Source: an uncultured Actinomycetes bacterium (GTDB taxonomy: Bacteria; Actinomycetota; UBA4738; HRBIN12). Taken from it: a DNA stretch of 64,000 nt. The translations under genes and the position numbers were made by a program. This document shows, piece after piece, positions 52,552 through 62,406 of this stretch; position 1 is the stretch's first letter, and every line of letters starts with the position of its first letter. Location of the stretch: contig CAVPIB010000004.1 in NCBI GenBank assembly GCA_963704885.1, positions 1,024,001 through 1,088,000 of the forward strand, in the 5' to 3' direction. The notes under the pieces were generated by a model, which worked only from the letters and a program-made list of their open reading frames with translations, was not told the origin of the DNA and ran no database searches.

Positions 52552-53570
52552 GACTTCGCGAGCGCGCTTTCTGCGATGGCGGGGAGCACCTTCTCGCCGT
52601 AGGCCTGCAGGGTCCCGTCTTTGTCGTCGTGTTGCAGGTAGACGGCGAACTGGTCCACGCCCAAGCTCCTGAGCTCCTCAAGCCGGCGCACGTGCTCCTC
52701 GACCGGTCCGAGGATGCAGAATCGGTCGACGATCTCGTCGGGCACGAACTGCGTGTGGACGTTGCCCGCCTGGCCGTGTTGGTTGTAGTCGTATCCCTCG
52801 CGACCCTTGATGTAGTCGGTCAGCGCGGCCGGAACCTCCGACGACTCGCCGTAGCGCGCGACGATGTCGGCGACGTGATTGCCCACCATGCCGCCGAACC
52901 ACCGCGTCTGGTCGCGCGCGTGGCCGAGGTCGTCGGTCACGTAGGCGGGCGCCGCGACGCAGATCGTGATCTCCGACGGATCCCGCCCGGCTTCCTCGGC
53001 CGCCTTCCGCACCGCTCCGATCGTCCACGCCGCGATGTCGGGATCGGCCAGCTGCAGGATGAACCCGTCGCCTACCTCACCGATCAGCTTCAACGCCTTC
53101 GGGCCGTAGCCCGCGATCCACGCCTCCATCCGGCTCTTCCCCGCCCACGGGAACCGGAGCATCGAGTCCCGGTACTTCACCTCGCGGCCGTTCGCCAACT
53201 CGCGGATGACGTGGACGGCGTCGCCCAACCCGGCGAGCGTCGAGGGTTTTCCGTCGATCACCCGTACCGCCGAGTCGCCGCGTCCGATCCCCATCACGGT
53301 CCTGTTGCCGAACATCTCGTTCATGGTGGCGAAGAGGCTGGCGGTGACGGTCCAGTCTCGCGTGAGCGGATTCGTGACCATGGTGCCAACGGTGACGTTG
53401 CGTGTCTCGGCGAGGATCTGCGTGAAGATCGGGAAAGGCTCCTGCCAAAGCAGGTGACTGTCGAACGCCCAGACGTTACTGAAGCCGTACGTCTCCGCCC
53501 TCTTCGCCAGGTCCACCACCCGCGCGCTCGGCGGGGTGGTCTGCAGGACGACTCCGATGTCCATCGTCAT
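52548..53570 (-). CDS. LLM-class F420-dependent oxidoreductase, CPS_4043 family (TIGR03842-like)
   Basis: MDIGVVLQTTPP, FDSHLLWQEP, VTNPLTRDWTVTASLFAT, GIGRGDSA, WFGGMVGNHVAD, YDYNQHGQAGN. Confidence 0.88.
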   Translation of the reverse strand: MTMDIGVVLQTTPPSARVVDLAKRAETYGFSNVWAFDSHLLWQEPFPIFTQILAETRNVTVGTMVTNPLTRDWTVTASLFATMNEMFGNRTVMGIGRGDSAVRVIDGKPSTLAGLGDAVHVIRELANGREVKYRDSMLRFPWAGKSRMEAWIAGYGPKALKLIGEVGDGFILQLADPDIAAWTIGAVRKAAEEAGRDPSEITICVAAPAYVTDDLGHARDQTRWFGGMVGNHVADIVARYGESSEVPAALTDYIKGREGYDYNQHGQAGNVHTQFVPDEIVDRFCILGPVEEHVRRLEELRSLGVDQFAVYLQHDDKDGTLQAYGEKVLPAIAESALAKS

Positions 53571-54409
53571 CACCTGGCCACGATGTCGTCGTACGCGTCG
53601 GGCCGACGGTCGCGGTAGAACGCCCAGCGGTCGCGAACGGCGCGGATCTTGTCCAGGTCCAGGTCTCGCACGATCAGCTCGGGCTTGTACGCGTCTGCGG
53701 GCTCGCCCACGAACTGCCCCTCCGGATCGACGAAGTAGCTCTGCCCGTAGAAATCGTTCTCGCCCAGCGGTTCGATCCCGACGCGGTTGATCGCACCCAC
53801 GTAGTACATGTTCGCGACCGCGGCGGCCGGCTGCTCCAGGCGCCAGATGTACTCGGAGAGCCCGCGATGCGTTGCCGACGGGTTGAATACGATCTCGGCG
53901 CCGTGCAGGCCGAGCATGCGCCACCCCTCGGGGAAGTGGCGGTCGTAGCAGATGTAGACACCGACCTTGCCGACGGCCGTCTCGAAGACCGGGAACCCTT
54001 CGGTCCCGGGCGTGAAGTAGAACTTCTCCCAGAAGCCCTTCACCTGGGGGATGTGATGCTTGCGGTACTTGCCCAGGTAGGTGCCGTCGGCGTCGATCAC
54101 CGCGGCGGTGTTGAAGTACTGGCCCGCCTGCACGATCTCGTACATCGGCAGCACGAGCACCATCCCCAGTTCCTTAGCGACGCTCTGGAACCGCTTGGTG
54201 GTCGGCCCGTCGGGGATCGGCTCCGTGTAGCTGTAGTACTCCGCGTCCTGAACCTGGCAGAAGTACGGCCCGTAGAAGAGCTCCTGGAAGCACATCACCT
54301 GAGCGCCCTGGGCGGCGGCGTCTCGGGCGGCTTCCTCGTGCTTGTCGATCATGGACGCCTGGTCGCCCGACCAGTCGGTCTGCAGCAATGCGGCCTTCAC
54401 GGTGGTCAT
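53570..54409 (-). CDS. Nitrilase-family C-N hydrolase, beta-ureidopropionase-like
   Basis: FQELF, KYRKHHIP, FWEKFYF, YICYDRHFPEGWR, FYRDRRP. Confidence 0.88.
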   Translation of the reverse strand: MTTVKAALLQTDWSGDQASMIDKHEEAARDAAAQGAQVMCFQELFYGPYFCQVQDAEYYSYTEPIPDGPTTKRFQSVAKELGMVLVLPMYEIVQAGQYFNTAAVIDADGTYLGKYRKHHIPQVKGFWEKFYFTPGTEGFPVFETAVGKVGVYICYDRHFPEGWRMLGLHGAEIVFNPSATHRGLSEYIWRLEQPAAAVANMYYVGAINRVGIEPLGENDFYGQSYFVDPEGQFVGEPADAYKPELIVRDLDLDKIRAVRDRWAFYRDRRPDAYDDIVAR

Positions 54410-54528
54410 CGCGCAACTCCCTCTTCCGGCTCTGGGTGCCATGGTAGTCAGCCGGTCCGAACGGCGCGACCCTAACGCCCCGCGACAGGCGGTGGCGCTC
54501 GGCATCCCATCGGCCGTAGGCTCGACGG

Positions 54529-57500
54529 ATGCTGACCTGCGGCAACTGTGGCCGGGAGAGCCCGCAGGATCATGCGTTCTGTCCGGCGTGCGGTGCGTCG
54601 CTCGTTCCTCAGACACCGGTCCGCGAGGTCCGCAAGACGGTCACCGTCGTGTTCTGCGACGTCACGGGCTCCACCGCCCTCGGCGAGCGCCTGGATCCCG
54701 AATCGCTCCGTGACGTGCAGTCACGCTATTTCGACGCGATGCGCGAGGCGATCGAGCGCCATGGGGGAACCGTCGAGAAGTACATCGGCGACGCGGTCAT
54801 GGCCGTGTTCGGGATCCCCCAGCTCCATGAGGACGACGCGCTTCGGGCCGCGCGGGCGGTCGTCGACATGCGTGAAGGGCTCGCCGCGTTGAACAAGGAG
54901 CTCGAGCGCGATCGGGGCGTCACGATCGCGGTGCGCATAGGCGTGAATACCGGCGAGGTCGTGGCAGGCGATCCGACCGCCGGGCAGGCGCTCGTGACAG
55001 GCGACGCCGTCAACGTAGCCGCCCGTCTGGAGCAGCACGCGGCTCCCGGCGAGATCCTCCTGGGAGAGGACACCCACCGGCTCGTGCGCGACGCGGTGGA
55101 CGTGGAACCGGTCGAGCCGCTCGAGCTGAAGGGCAAGGCCGAACGTGTCCCGGCTTGGCGACTCCTCGGCGTGCGGGACGTGACCTCTGCCGTGCCGAGA
55201 CACATGGGCTCGCCGATGGTCGGGCGCGAGCGGCAGCTCGCCCAGCTCCGTCAGGCGTTCGAGGCCGCGGTCGAAGATGCGGGGTGTCAGCTCTTCACGC
55301 TCCTCGGTTCAGCCGGAGTGGGCAAGTCCCGTCTGGTCGAGGAGTTCATCTCCGGACTCGGAACCGGAGCGACCGTCCTGGTTGGCCGATGCCTGCCCTA
55401 CGGCGAGGGGATCACCTACTACCCGGTCGTAGAGGCGATCAAGCAGGCCACCGGGCTGGCCGACTTCGACCTGCCGGAGGTCGTCGAAGCGAAGGTCTGC
55501 TCGATCCTGGAGGGCGACGAGCACCAGGAGCGGGTCTGCCGTCATGTCGCCCAGCTGATGGGCGTGGCCGAGTCTGCCGCCGGCGAGGAGACGTTCTGGG
55601 CGATCCGCAGGTTCTTCGAGGCATCCGCGCGTGAAGGTCCGCTCGTGCTCGTGTTCGACGACATCCATTGGGGCGAGCCCACGTTCCTGGATCTCGTCGA
55701 GCACATCGCGGACTGGTCGCGGGGCTCACCCATCCTCTTGCTGTGCATGGCGCGTTCCGATCTACTCGACATCCGGCCGGCGTGGGGAGGCGGGAAGCTG
55801 AATGCCGCCAGCGTGTCGCTCGAGCCCCTCAACGAGGAACAGGCGGGGGCGCTCGTGGCCAACCTCCTCGGCGCGGCCGAACTGCCGACAGAGCTCGCTG
55901 AGGGGATCGTCGAGAAGGCCGAAGGGAATCCGCTGTTCGTGGAGGAGACCCTCGCGATGCTGATCGACGACGGCGTCCTCATCCGCCAGGACGAAGGGTG
56001 GCTCGTGATCGGTGATCTGTCCGCCGTCACGGTTCCACCTTCGATCCACGCGCTGCTCGCTGCTCGCCTGGATCGCCTCACCCCTGAGGAGCGCACGGTG
56101 CTCGAGGCGGCGGCGGTCATCGGGAAGGACTTCTTCGTCGGCGCCGTCCGAGACCTGGTGCCCGAGGACGCCCGCCAGCGCGTGCCATCGGATCTGATGG
56201 CGCTCGTACGCAAGGAACTGATCCAGCCAGAGCGCACCACCCTTCCGGGCGAAGACGCGTTCCGGTTCCGCCACCTGCTGATCCGCGATTCGGCGTACGA
56301 CGCGATCGCGAAGACCCGCCGCGCCGAGCTGCATGAGCGGGTGGCGGAATGGCTGGAGCGGGTGGCAGGGGACGGGGTCTTCGAGCAGGAGGAGATCGTC
56401 GGTTATCACCTGGAGCAGGCCCATGCCTACCGCACCCAGCTCGGTCCCCCAGACGATCGTTCGGACGCGATCGGACGGCGGGCGGCTGCCCGCCTTGCGA
56501 CGGCGGGACGTCGGGCGACTGGTCGAGGCGACTTCCCGGCTTCGGCGAACCTCCTCCGCCGGGCCTTGAGGGTCGGTCCGAGCGACGATGCCGAGCAGGC
56601 CGCGAACCTCTACCACCTCGGCGTCGCCCTGGACGAGGTCGGCGATATCCAAGCGACGTTAGAGGCGTTCGACGAGGCCGTACGGCTCGCCGCCGCCTCC
56701 GGCGACCGTTCGCTGGAGTGGCTCGCCCGCATCTGGCGCTCTGAGGTGCTGACGAACGCCGATCCGCGCAATACGTCTACGCAGGAGTGCCGCGAGCAGC
56801 TCGAAGAGGCCATCCGCCGGTTCGAGGAGCTCAGCGACGAAGCCGGACTGGCGACGGCGTGGGCGAAGCTCGCATTCCTCGAGTTCATCCCATGCCGGTA
56901 CGATCACGCTCAGCGAGCGGCGCGCCGAGCCGTGGACCACGCACGTCGGAGCGGCGACGATCGGCTCCTCACCGACGCCATCCGATACCTGCTCTTATCG
57001 CAGTGTTTCGGGCCCGCCACGCCGGAGGAAGGACGCCGGACGCTGGACGAATTGACCGAAGACATCTCCCGCACCCGATCGCTCGAGGCGACTGCCCTCG
57101 CCGTCCGCGGGTCGTTCCGGGCCATGGAAGGGTCGTTCGACGAAGCACGCCGACTGACGGGACTCAGCATCGAGATCGCGGAGGCCCTCGGGTCCCGGGT
57201 GATGGTCGCGGTGTACGAGTCATTCGTGGGTTCCGTAGAGCGAGAGGCCGGCGATGCGATCGCAGAGGAGCGCTCCTTCCGGCGGAACTACGAGATCTTG
57301 GACCAGATGGGTCAGGAGGGCTTCAAGTCGACGGCCGCGGCCGAACTGGCTCAGACCCTTTGCGCGCTCGGCCGGTTCGATGAAGCCGAGACGTTCGCCA
57401 CGATCGCCCGAGACGTCGCAGCCGAGGACGACCTTTCGTCCCAGGTGTTCGGACGGTCGGCGCAGGCGCTGGTGCTCGCCGAACGCGGCGAGTTCGACGA

Positions 57501-57729
57501 AGCCGAGCGACTCGCCCATGAGGCTGTCCAGATGCTCGAGGACGCCGAGAATCCGAACGGCCAGGGCGGCGTGAACATGGATCTGGCGCAAGTCCTACGG
57601 ACGGCCGGGAAGACCGCGGCAGCCGCCGACGCTGCCCGCGAAGCGCTCGCTTTCTTCGAGCGCAAGGGGAACCGGCCGTCGGCCGCCTCCACCCGAGCAT
57701 TCCTCCAGGAGCTCGGCGCCACCAGCTGA
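54529..57729 (+). CDS. Zinc-ribbon + class III adenylate/guanylate cyclase + STAND-type NTPase + TPR protein
   Basis: CGNC/CPAC; FCDVTGST, KYIGDAVM, GDAVNVAARL; Walker A GSAGVGKS, Walker B VFDDIHW, GNPLFVEE, FRHLLIRD; TPR-like tail. Confidence 0.9.
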   Translation: MLTCGNCGRESPQDHAFCPACGASLVPQTPVREVRKTVTVVFCDVTGSTALGERLDPESLRDVQSRYFDAMREAIERHGGTVEKYIGDAVMAVFGIPQLHEDDALRAARAVVDMREGLAALNKELERDRGVTIAVRIGVNTGEVVAGDPTAGQALVTGDAVNVAARLEQHAAPGEILLGEDTHRLVRDAVDVEPVEPLELKGKAERVPAWRLLGVRDVTSAVPRHMGSPMVGRERQLAQLRQAFEAAVEDAGCQLFTLLGSAGVGKSRLVEEFISGLGTGATVLVGRCLPYGEGITYYPVVEAIKQATGLADFDLPEVVEAKVCSILEGDEHQERVCRHVAQLMGVAESAAGEETFWAIRRFFEASAREGPLVLVFDDIHWGEPTFLDLVEHIADWSRGSPILLLCMARSDLLDIRPAWGGGKLNAASVSLEPLNEEQAGALVANLLGAAELPTELAEGIVEKAEGNPLFVEETLAMLIDDGVLIRQDEGWLVIGDLSAVTVPPSIHALLAARLDRLTPEERTVLEAAAVIGKDFFVGAVRDLVPEDARQRVPSDLMALVRKELIQPERTTLPGEDAFRFRHLLIRDSAYDAIAKTRRAELHERVAEWLERVAGDGVFEQEEIVGYHLEQAHAYRTQLGPPDDRSDAIGRRAAARLATAGRRATGRGDFPASANLLRRALRVGPSDDAEQAANLYHLGVALDEVGDIQATLEAFDEAVRLAAASGDRSLEWLARIWRSEVLTNADPRNTSTQECREQLEEAIRRFEELSDEAGLATAWAKLAFLEFIPCRYDHAQRAARRAVDHARRSGDDRLLTDAIRYLLLSQCFGPATPEEGRRTLDELTEDISRTRSLEATALAVRGSFRAMEGSFDEARRLTGLSIEIAEALGSRVMVAVYESFVGSVEREAGDAIAEERSFRRNYEILDQMGQEGFKSTAAAELAQTLCALGRFDEAETFATIARDVAAEDDLSSQVFGRSAQALVLAERGEFDEAERLAHEAVQMLEDAENPNGQGGVNMDLAQVLRTAGKTAAAADAAREALAFFERKGNRPSAASTRAFLQELGATS

Positions 57730-57773
57730 GGCGCTGAGGCGCTGAGACCGACGAAGACCCTGGGTGCCCTCGC

Positions 57774-59084
57774 TCAGCGACGACGTTGAGGTTGGCGCGT
57801 CGCCTGCGGCTGACGGTTGCCGCGACCATTGGATCGGGGTCTGGGGCGTGGAGTCGCCCCTCGATCGGGGCCATCCGCGTTTCCCATCCCGGCGTCGCGC
57901 CATTCGGCGTGCAGGTCGAGCTCGTTCGCGATCCTGCGAACGTCAGCCCGTTGGTCGGGCATCACGAACGTGATGCCCTCTCCCCCGCGTCCGGCTCGCG
58001 CCGTGCGACCAACCCGGTGAACGTACGCCTTCCCGTCCTCGGGCGGATCGAAGTTCACCACGTGCGTGATGTGCTCCAGATCCAGGCCGCGAGCGGCGAC
58101 ATCTGTGGCGACCAACACGTCGTTGCGACCCCTGGCGAACTGCGCGAGAGCGCGGTCGCGCTGCGGTTGTGACATGTTTCCGTGCAACGCACCCGCGCTG
58201 AACCCCTGCTGCGTCAACCGCTGCTTCAAGCGGTCGGCGCCGCGCTTGGTCCGCACGAACACCAGTGTCAGTCCGCGGTCTGCGGCGAGCTCGCGCACCA
58301 GCGTGGAGACCTTGTGCTGGTGCTCCACCGCGATGAAGCGGTGGTCAGCCTCCGTCACCACCGGGCGTGGATCGTCGATCTCGTGCAGGACGGGCTCGAT
58401 CGTGAACTCCTTGGCGAGGCGTCCCACCTCGCCATCGAGCGTCGCGGAGAAGAGCATGGTCTGACGACCGGTAGGCAGCTGCTCCAAGATCCTTCGGACG
58501 TCGGGCAGGAACCCCATGTCCAGCATGCGGTCGGCCTCGTCCAGCACGCAGATGCGCGCCTTGTCCAGGCGGAGCATCTTGCGGCCCAACAGGTCGAGCA
58601 AGCGGCCCGGTGTCGCGATCACGACATCGGCGCGGCGCGCGCGCTTCGCCTGGTCGTGCATCCCGACGCCGCCGTAGACGGTCGCGATCTGCATCCGGCG
58701 CACGTCGGCGATCGCACGGAACTCCTCGGCCACCTGACTGGCCAGCTCGCGCGTAGGGACCAGGATCAGGGCCTTCGGGCTGCGGCCGTCGGGCTGGATC
58801 CGTTCCACGATCGGCACGGCGAACGCGAGCGTCTTGCCCGAGCCCGTCCTCGAGCGCGCCAGCACGTCGCGCCCGGCGAGCGCGTCGGGCAGCACGAGCG
58901 CCTGGATCGCGAACGGCGCGGTGAAGCCGCGCATCGCGAGCGCCTGGGCGACCGGCCGAGAGACGCCGAGCTGGTCGAACGACGCGAGGGACGGGTCGGC
59001 GGCCTGCTGAACCGCGGGCGCGGTAGGTCTGGGTGCGTCGCGTCGGGGCGTGTTGCGACGGTGTTCGGTACGGGTGGTGGTCAA
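57774..59084 (-). CDS. DEAD-box RNA helicase (RhlE-like)
   Basis: Q motif PFAIQ, TGSGKT, PTRELA, TPGRL, DEAD, SAT, ARGLD, HRVGRTAR; TTG start. Confidence 0.95.
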   Translation of the reverse strand: MTTTRTEHRRNTPRRDAPRPTAPAVQQAADPSLASFDQLGVSRPVAQALAMRGFTAPFAIQALVLPDALAGRDVLARSRTGSGKTLAFAVPIVERIQPDGRSPKALILVPTRELASQVAEEFRAIADVRRMQIATVYGGVGMHDQAKRARRADVVIATPGRLLDLLGRKMLRLDKARICVLDEADRMLDMGFLPDVRRILEQLPTGRQTMLFSATLDGEVGRLAKEFTIEPVLHEIDDPRPVVTEADHRFIAVEHQHKVSTLVRELAADRGLTLVFVRTKRGADRLKQRLTQQGFSAGALHGNMSQPQRDRALAQFARGRNDVLVATDVAARGLDLEHITHVVNFDPPEDGKAYVHRVGRTARAGRGGEGITFVMPDQRADVRRIANELDLHAEWRDAGMGNADGPDRGATPRPRPRSNGRGNRQPQATRQPQRRR

Positions 59085-59197
59085 TGTGGGCCTTCCTGCA
59101 TGGCGCGACAGCGGTTACGAGGAGCGTGGCGCGCGCAAGGGCTCGGATGAGCCACCAGGATCCTTCGGGCGAGCGCCCGAGGTATCCAGAGTACTAC
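59085..59197 (-). promoter_or_regulatory. Promoter plus putative structured 5' leader of the DEAD-box helicase
   Basis: Minus strand GTAGTACTCTGGATACCTCGGGC-GCTC-GCCCGAAGG, then GTGGC...GCCAC stem, CTCCT and SD GCAGGAAGG. Confidence 0.5.
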
Positions 59198-59271
59198 GTG
59201 GATGCCCACCGCGAGCTGAAGAAGCCGGGCGAAGGTGTTGGCTCACACCGGGAGGCTCCTATACTCCCGGC

Positions 59272-59850
59272 GTGAGCAGGCGTTCGCTCCCTCTCCTGCT
59301 GGCGGCGACGATCTTCGCGTCGCTGATGGTTAGCCCCGGCTCCGCGACCGCGAGGCAGGCCCCTTACCGGCCCGATGCATGGATCAAGCTGTGCGGCCTC
59401 AGCACGGGCTGCACGATCGATCCTCTCCCGCATCCATGGCTCGGCGACAACGTCTACAACCGGACGGGAGCAAGGCAGAAGATCGCCGTTCGGTTGGAGG
59501 ACGGAGAGGACGTCCGGTTCTGGATCACGCTTCAGAACGACAGCGAACAAGAGGACTCGATCAGGGTCAAAGGCTGTAAGGGAACCCGGCTGTTCGTGAT
59601 CATCGCGGTGAAGATCGGCTTCCTGAAGCGCCCGGACTGGCGACCGAAGGACGTCACCGTCGAGTTCAAGAACGGCACGTTGACGTTCCCGTTCCCACCC
59701 GCGTCTGAGGGCAAGAAGGTTCCGCTGACGCTCGCGTTCATCGCACCGACAACGGCCGAGGGTGTCACTTACCGCTGCCCGATCACGATCCGGTCCCAGA
59801 ACGACCCGACCCGGCGGGACAGGATCATGGCCATCATGACCACGTACTGA
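59272..59850 (+). CDS. Secreted hypothetical protein
   Basis: GTG 6 nt after TATACT; signal peptide; four Cys; beta-rich composition. Confidence 0.65.
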   Translation: MSRRSLPLLLAATIFASLMVSPGSATARQAPYRPDAWIKLCGLSTGCTIDPLPHPWLGDNVYNRTGARQKIAVRLEDGEDVRFWITLQNDSEQEDSIRVKGCKGTRLFVIIAVKIGFLKRPDWRPKDVTVEFKNGTLTFPFPPASEGKKVPLTLAFIAPTTAEGVTYRCPITIRSQNDPTRRDRIMAIMTTY

Positions 59851-59882
59851 GCCGGGCGGCCCAGAACCCTAGACTCCGGCGG

Positions 59883-60780
59883 ATGGACAGAACCTTCCGC
59901 GTCGGCGTGCAGCTACCAGAGGTCGAACGCGAGGTGCGCTTCCCGGAGTACGCGGCCATGGCCCGGGCGGCCGAGGAGGTCGGGTTCGACTCGATCTGGA
60001 TGGGCGACCATCTGCTCTACCGTGGCGACGGACGCCCCGAGCGCGGGCCCTGGGAGGCGTGGACGCTCCTAGCCGCGCTGGCCGCGGTCACCGACCGAGT
60101 CCGGCTCGGTCCATTGGTCGCTTGCGCCGGGTTCCACGCGCCCGCGATGCTCGCGAAGATGGCCGCGACGGTCGACGAGATCAGCGGTGGGCGCCTGGTC
60201 CTTGGTCTAGGCGCCGGGTGGAACCGCGAGGAGTTCGACGCGTTCGGCCTGCCGTTCGACCATCGGGCGTCCCGATTCGAGGAGTCGTTCGAGGTCGATC
60301 CGGCGCCTGCTCTCCGGCGAGCGCGTCACGCTTCACGGGCGGTTCTCCCACGTTGACGATGCGGTGCTCCTTCCGGCTCCGGCGCGTCGTCCGACCTTGA
60401 TGATCGGCAGCAGCGGTGAGCGAGTGTTGCGGGCCGCACTGCCCCACGTAGACGCGTGGAACACGTGGTACGACCTCTACGGCAACACGCCCGAGGGGTT
60501 CGCGGCAGAGAACGCGAAGATCGACGAGGCGGCCGCGCTGGCTGGCCGGAGGCCTGGCGAGATCATGCGGAGCGCGTGCGTCCGCGTGGTGCTCGACCGC
60601 TCGGCGGACGAGCGACCTATCGACCCCGCGTGCCCGCCGCTCGAGGGTGGCGCGGATCGGATCGCCAACGGCTTGCGCGCGATATCCGAAGCGGGCGCGG
60701 ATGAGGTGATCCTGGTCGTGACACCGATCACGGAGACGTCGATCCGCGAACTGGGTGCGGTGCTCGTCGAACTGCGGTAG
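59883..60780 (+). CDS. LLM-class flavin/F420-dependent oxidoreductase (apparent 1-nt insertion near 60296)
   Basis: GFDSIWMGDHL, AKMAATVDEISGGRLVLGLGAGW; FEVIRRLL restored by removing one base, continuing PTLMIGSSGERVL. Confidence 0.82.
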
Positions 60781-60998
60781 TCACGCGCGGACCGGCGTGG
60801 GTGAGTGGTTCGACGGCCCGCATCGACACCATCGCGTCCACGGATCGACACCGACCAGATGCGGCTCAAGCCACCGCCGATAAGGCCACTCCCCGTCTAT
60901 ACCCTTCAGCCGGTGCACGCCGCGGTTCAGGAACGCGATCTCGGACCCGACCACCAGATCCCCGGCGCGCGGCCGGTCCCTCTGTCCATACTTGACCC

Positions 60999-62399
60999 AT
61001 GAGCTCGGCCGAGCACGTCGACCTGGTGGTGGTCGGGGGCGGCGCGGCCGGCGAGAAGGGCGCCGCACAGGCCGCCTACTTCGGCAAGCGCGTGGTGGTG
61101 GTCGAGCGCCGGTCCGAGCCCGGGGGTGCCACCATCCACACGGGCACGCTCCCCTCGAAGACCCTACGTGAGGCAGCGCTGTTCCTCTCGGGGTATCGCC
61201 AGCGGGACTTGTACGGGGTGTCGGTGGAGGTGTCGCGCGACCTCAGCGTGTCCAGGTTGATCCACCGGAAGGACGCCGTCCGCCGGATGGAGACCGAGCG
61301 GATGCGCACCAACCTCGACCGCCACCACGTCGAGCTGGTGCACGGTGTGGCGCGCCTGGTGGACGCCACCTCGGTCGAGGTGACCGACAGCGACGGTGGC
61401 AGGCGTGGGTTCGTCGCCGACGCCGTCCTGATCGCCACGGGCTCCCACCCGTTCCGCCCGCCCGGCATCCCCTTCGACGACCCGGACGTGCACGACTCCG
61501 ACAGCATCCTCGAGATCGACCGGCTGCCCGCCTCGCTCGCGGTCCTGGGCGGTGGAGTGATCGGCTGCGAGTACGCATCGACGTTCGCGGCGTTGGGCAC
61601 CGAGGTGCACGTGCTCGAACGGCGGACGCCTCTGCTGTCGTTCCTGGACGGCGAGATCGTCGAGCGGATGATGGAGGGTATGACGGCTCTAGGCGTGCGG
61701 TTCCACCTGGGCGAACGAGCCGACGCCGTCATGCGCCGCGACGCCGAACTCGTGTGCACGCTGACGTCGGGCGACGAGCTCGCGGCGGAGAAGGTGCTCG
61801 TGACGTCGGGCCGTGTAGGCAACACGGCAGAGCTGGGGCTGGAGGCGGTCGGCGTGCAGGTCGACGATCGCGGCCGGGTCGCGGTGGACGGATCGTTCCG
61901 CACCGCCGTGCCGAGCATCTACGCGGCCGGAGATGTGATCGGGTCGCCGGCCCTGGCGTCCGCGTCGATGGAGCAGGCGCGCGTGGCCGTGTGCAAGGCG
62001 TTCGGGTTCGAGTACAAACAGGAGATATCGAGCCTGATGCCGTTCGCGGTGTACACGATCCCAGAGGTGAGCAGCGTCGGGCTCTCGGCGCAGGAGGCCG
62101 CGGACCGGGGGGTCGACGCCGTCGTCGGGCGCGCGCCGTTCCACGACAACGCTCGTGGGGCGATCATCGGGGACCGCGAGGGGATGACGAAGCTGGTGTT
62201 CGACCGCGCGACGCGGCGGCTGATCGGGATCCAGTGCGTCGGCGAGCGGGCATCCGAGTTGGTGCATGTGGGCCATGCCGTGCTGACGCTGGGGGGAACG
62301 GTCGAGACCTTCATCGACATGGTCTTCAACTACCCAACACTCAGCGAGACCTATAAGTACGCGGCCTACGACGCGCTGGGGAAGATGGAACAAAGGTAG
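60999..62399 (+). CDS. sthA: Soluble Si-specific NAD(P)+ transhydrogenase
   Basis: GGGAAGEKGAAQAAYFGK, HTGTLPSKTLREA (no redox CxxxxC), GGGVIGCEYAS, FNYPTLSETYKYAA. Confidence 0.88.
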   Translation: MSSAEHVDLVVVGGGAAGEKGAAQAAYFGKRVVVVERRSEPGGATIHTGTLPSKTLREAALFLSGYRQRDLYGVSVEVSRDLSVSRLIHRKDAVRRMETERMRTNLDRHHVELVHGVARLVDATSVEVTDSDGGRRGFVADAVLIATGSHPFRPPGIPFDDPDVHDSDSILEIDRLPASLAVLGGGVIGCEYASTFAALGTEVHVLERRTPLLSFLDGEIVERMMEGMTALGVRFHLGERADAVMRRDAELVCTLTSGDELAAEKVLVTSGRVGNTAELGLEAVGVQVDDRGRVAVDGSFRTAVPSIYAAGDVIGSPALASASMEQARVAVCKAFGFEYKQEISSLMPFAVYTIPEVSSVGLSAQEAADRGVDAVVGRAPFHDNARGAIIGDREGMTKLVFDRATRRLIGIQCVGERASELVHVGHAVLTLGGTVETFIDMVFNYPTLSETYKYAAYDALGKMEQR

Positions 62400-62406
62400 G
62401 CGCCGA

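Noticed and set aside
54529-57729. Cyclase-STAND-TPR protein as a possible anti-phage (Avs/CBASS-like) system
   Set aside because: This architecture is a common, often multi-copy signalling family in actinobacteria; there is no adjacent effector or defence-island context.
57725-57746. Short tandem repeat GCTGAGGC x ~2.7 after the cyclase stop
   Set aside because: Too short and has no spacers; not CRISPR and no evident function.
60800-60830. GGTTCGA resembling a tRNA T-loop
   Set aside because: No cloverleaf, acceptor stem or D-arm could be built around it.
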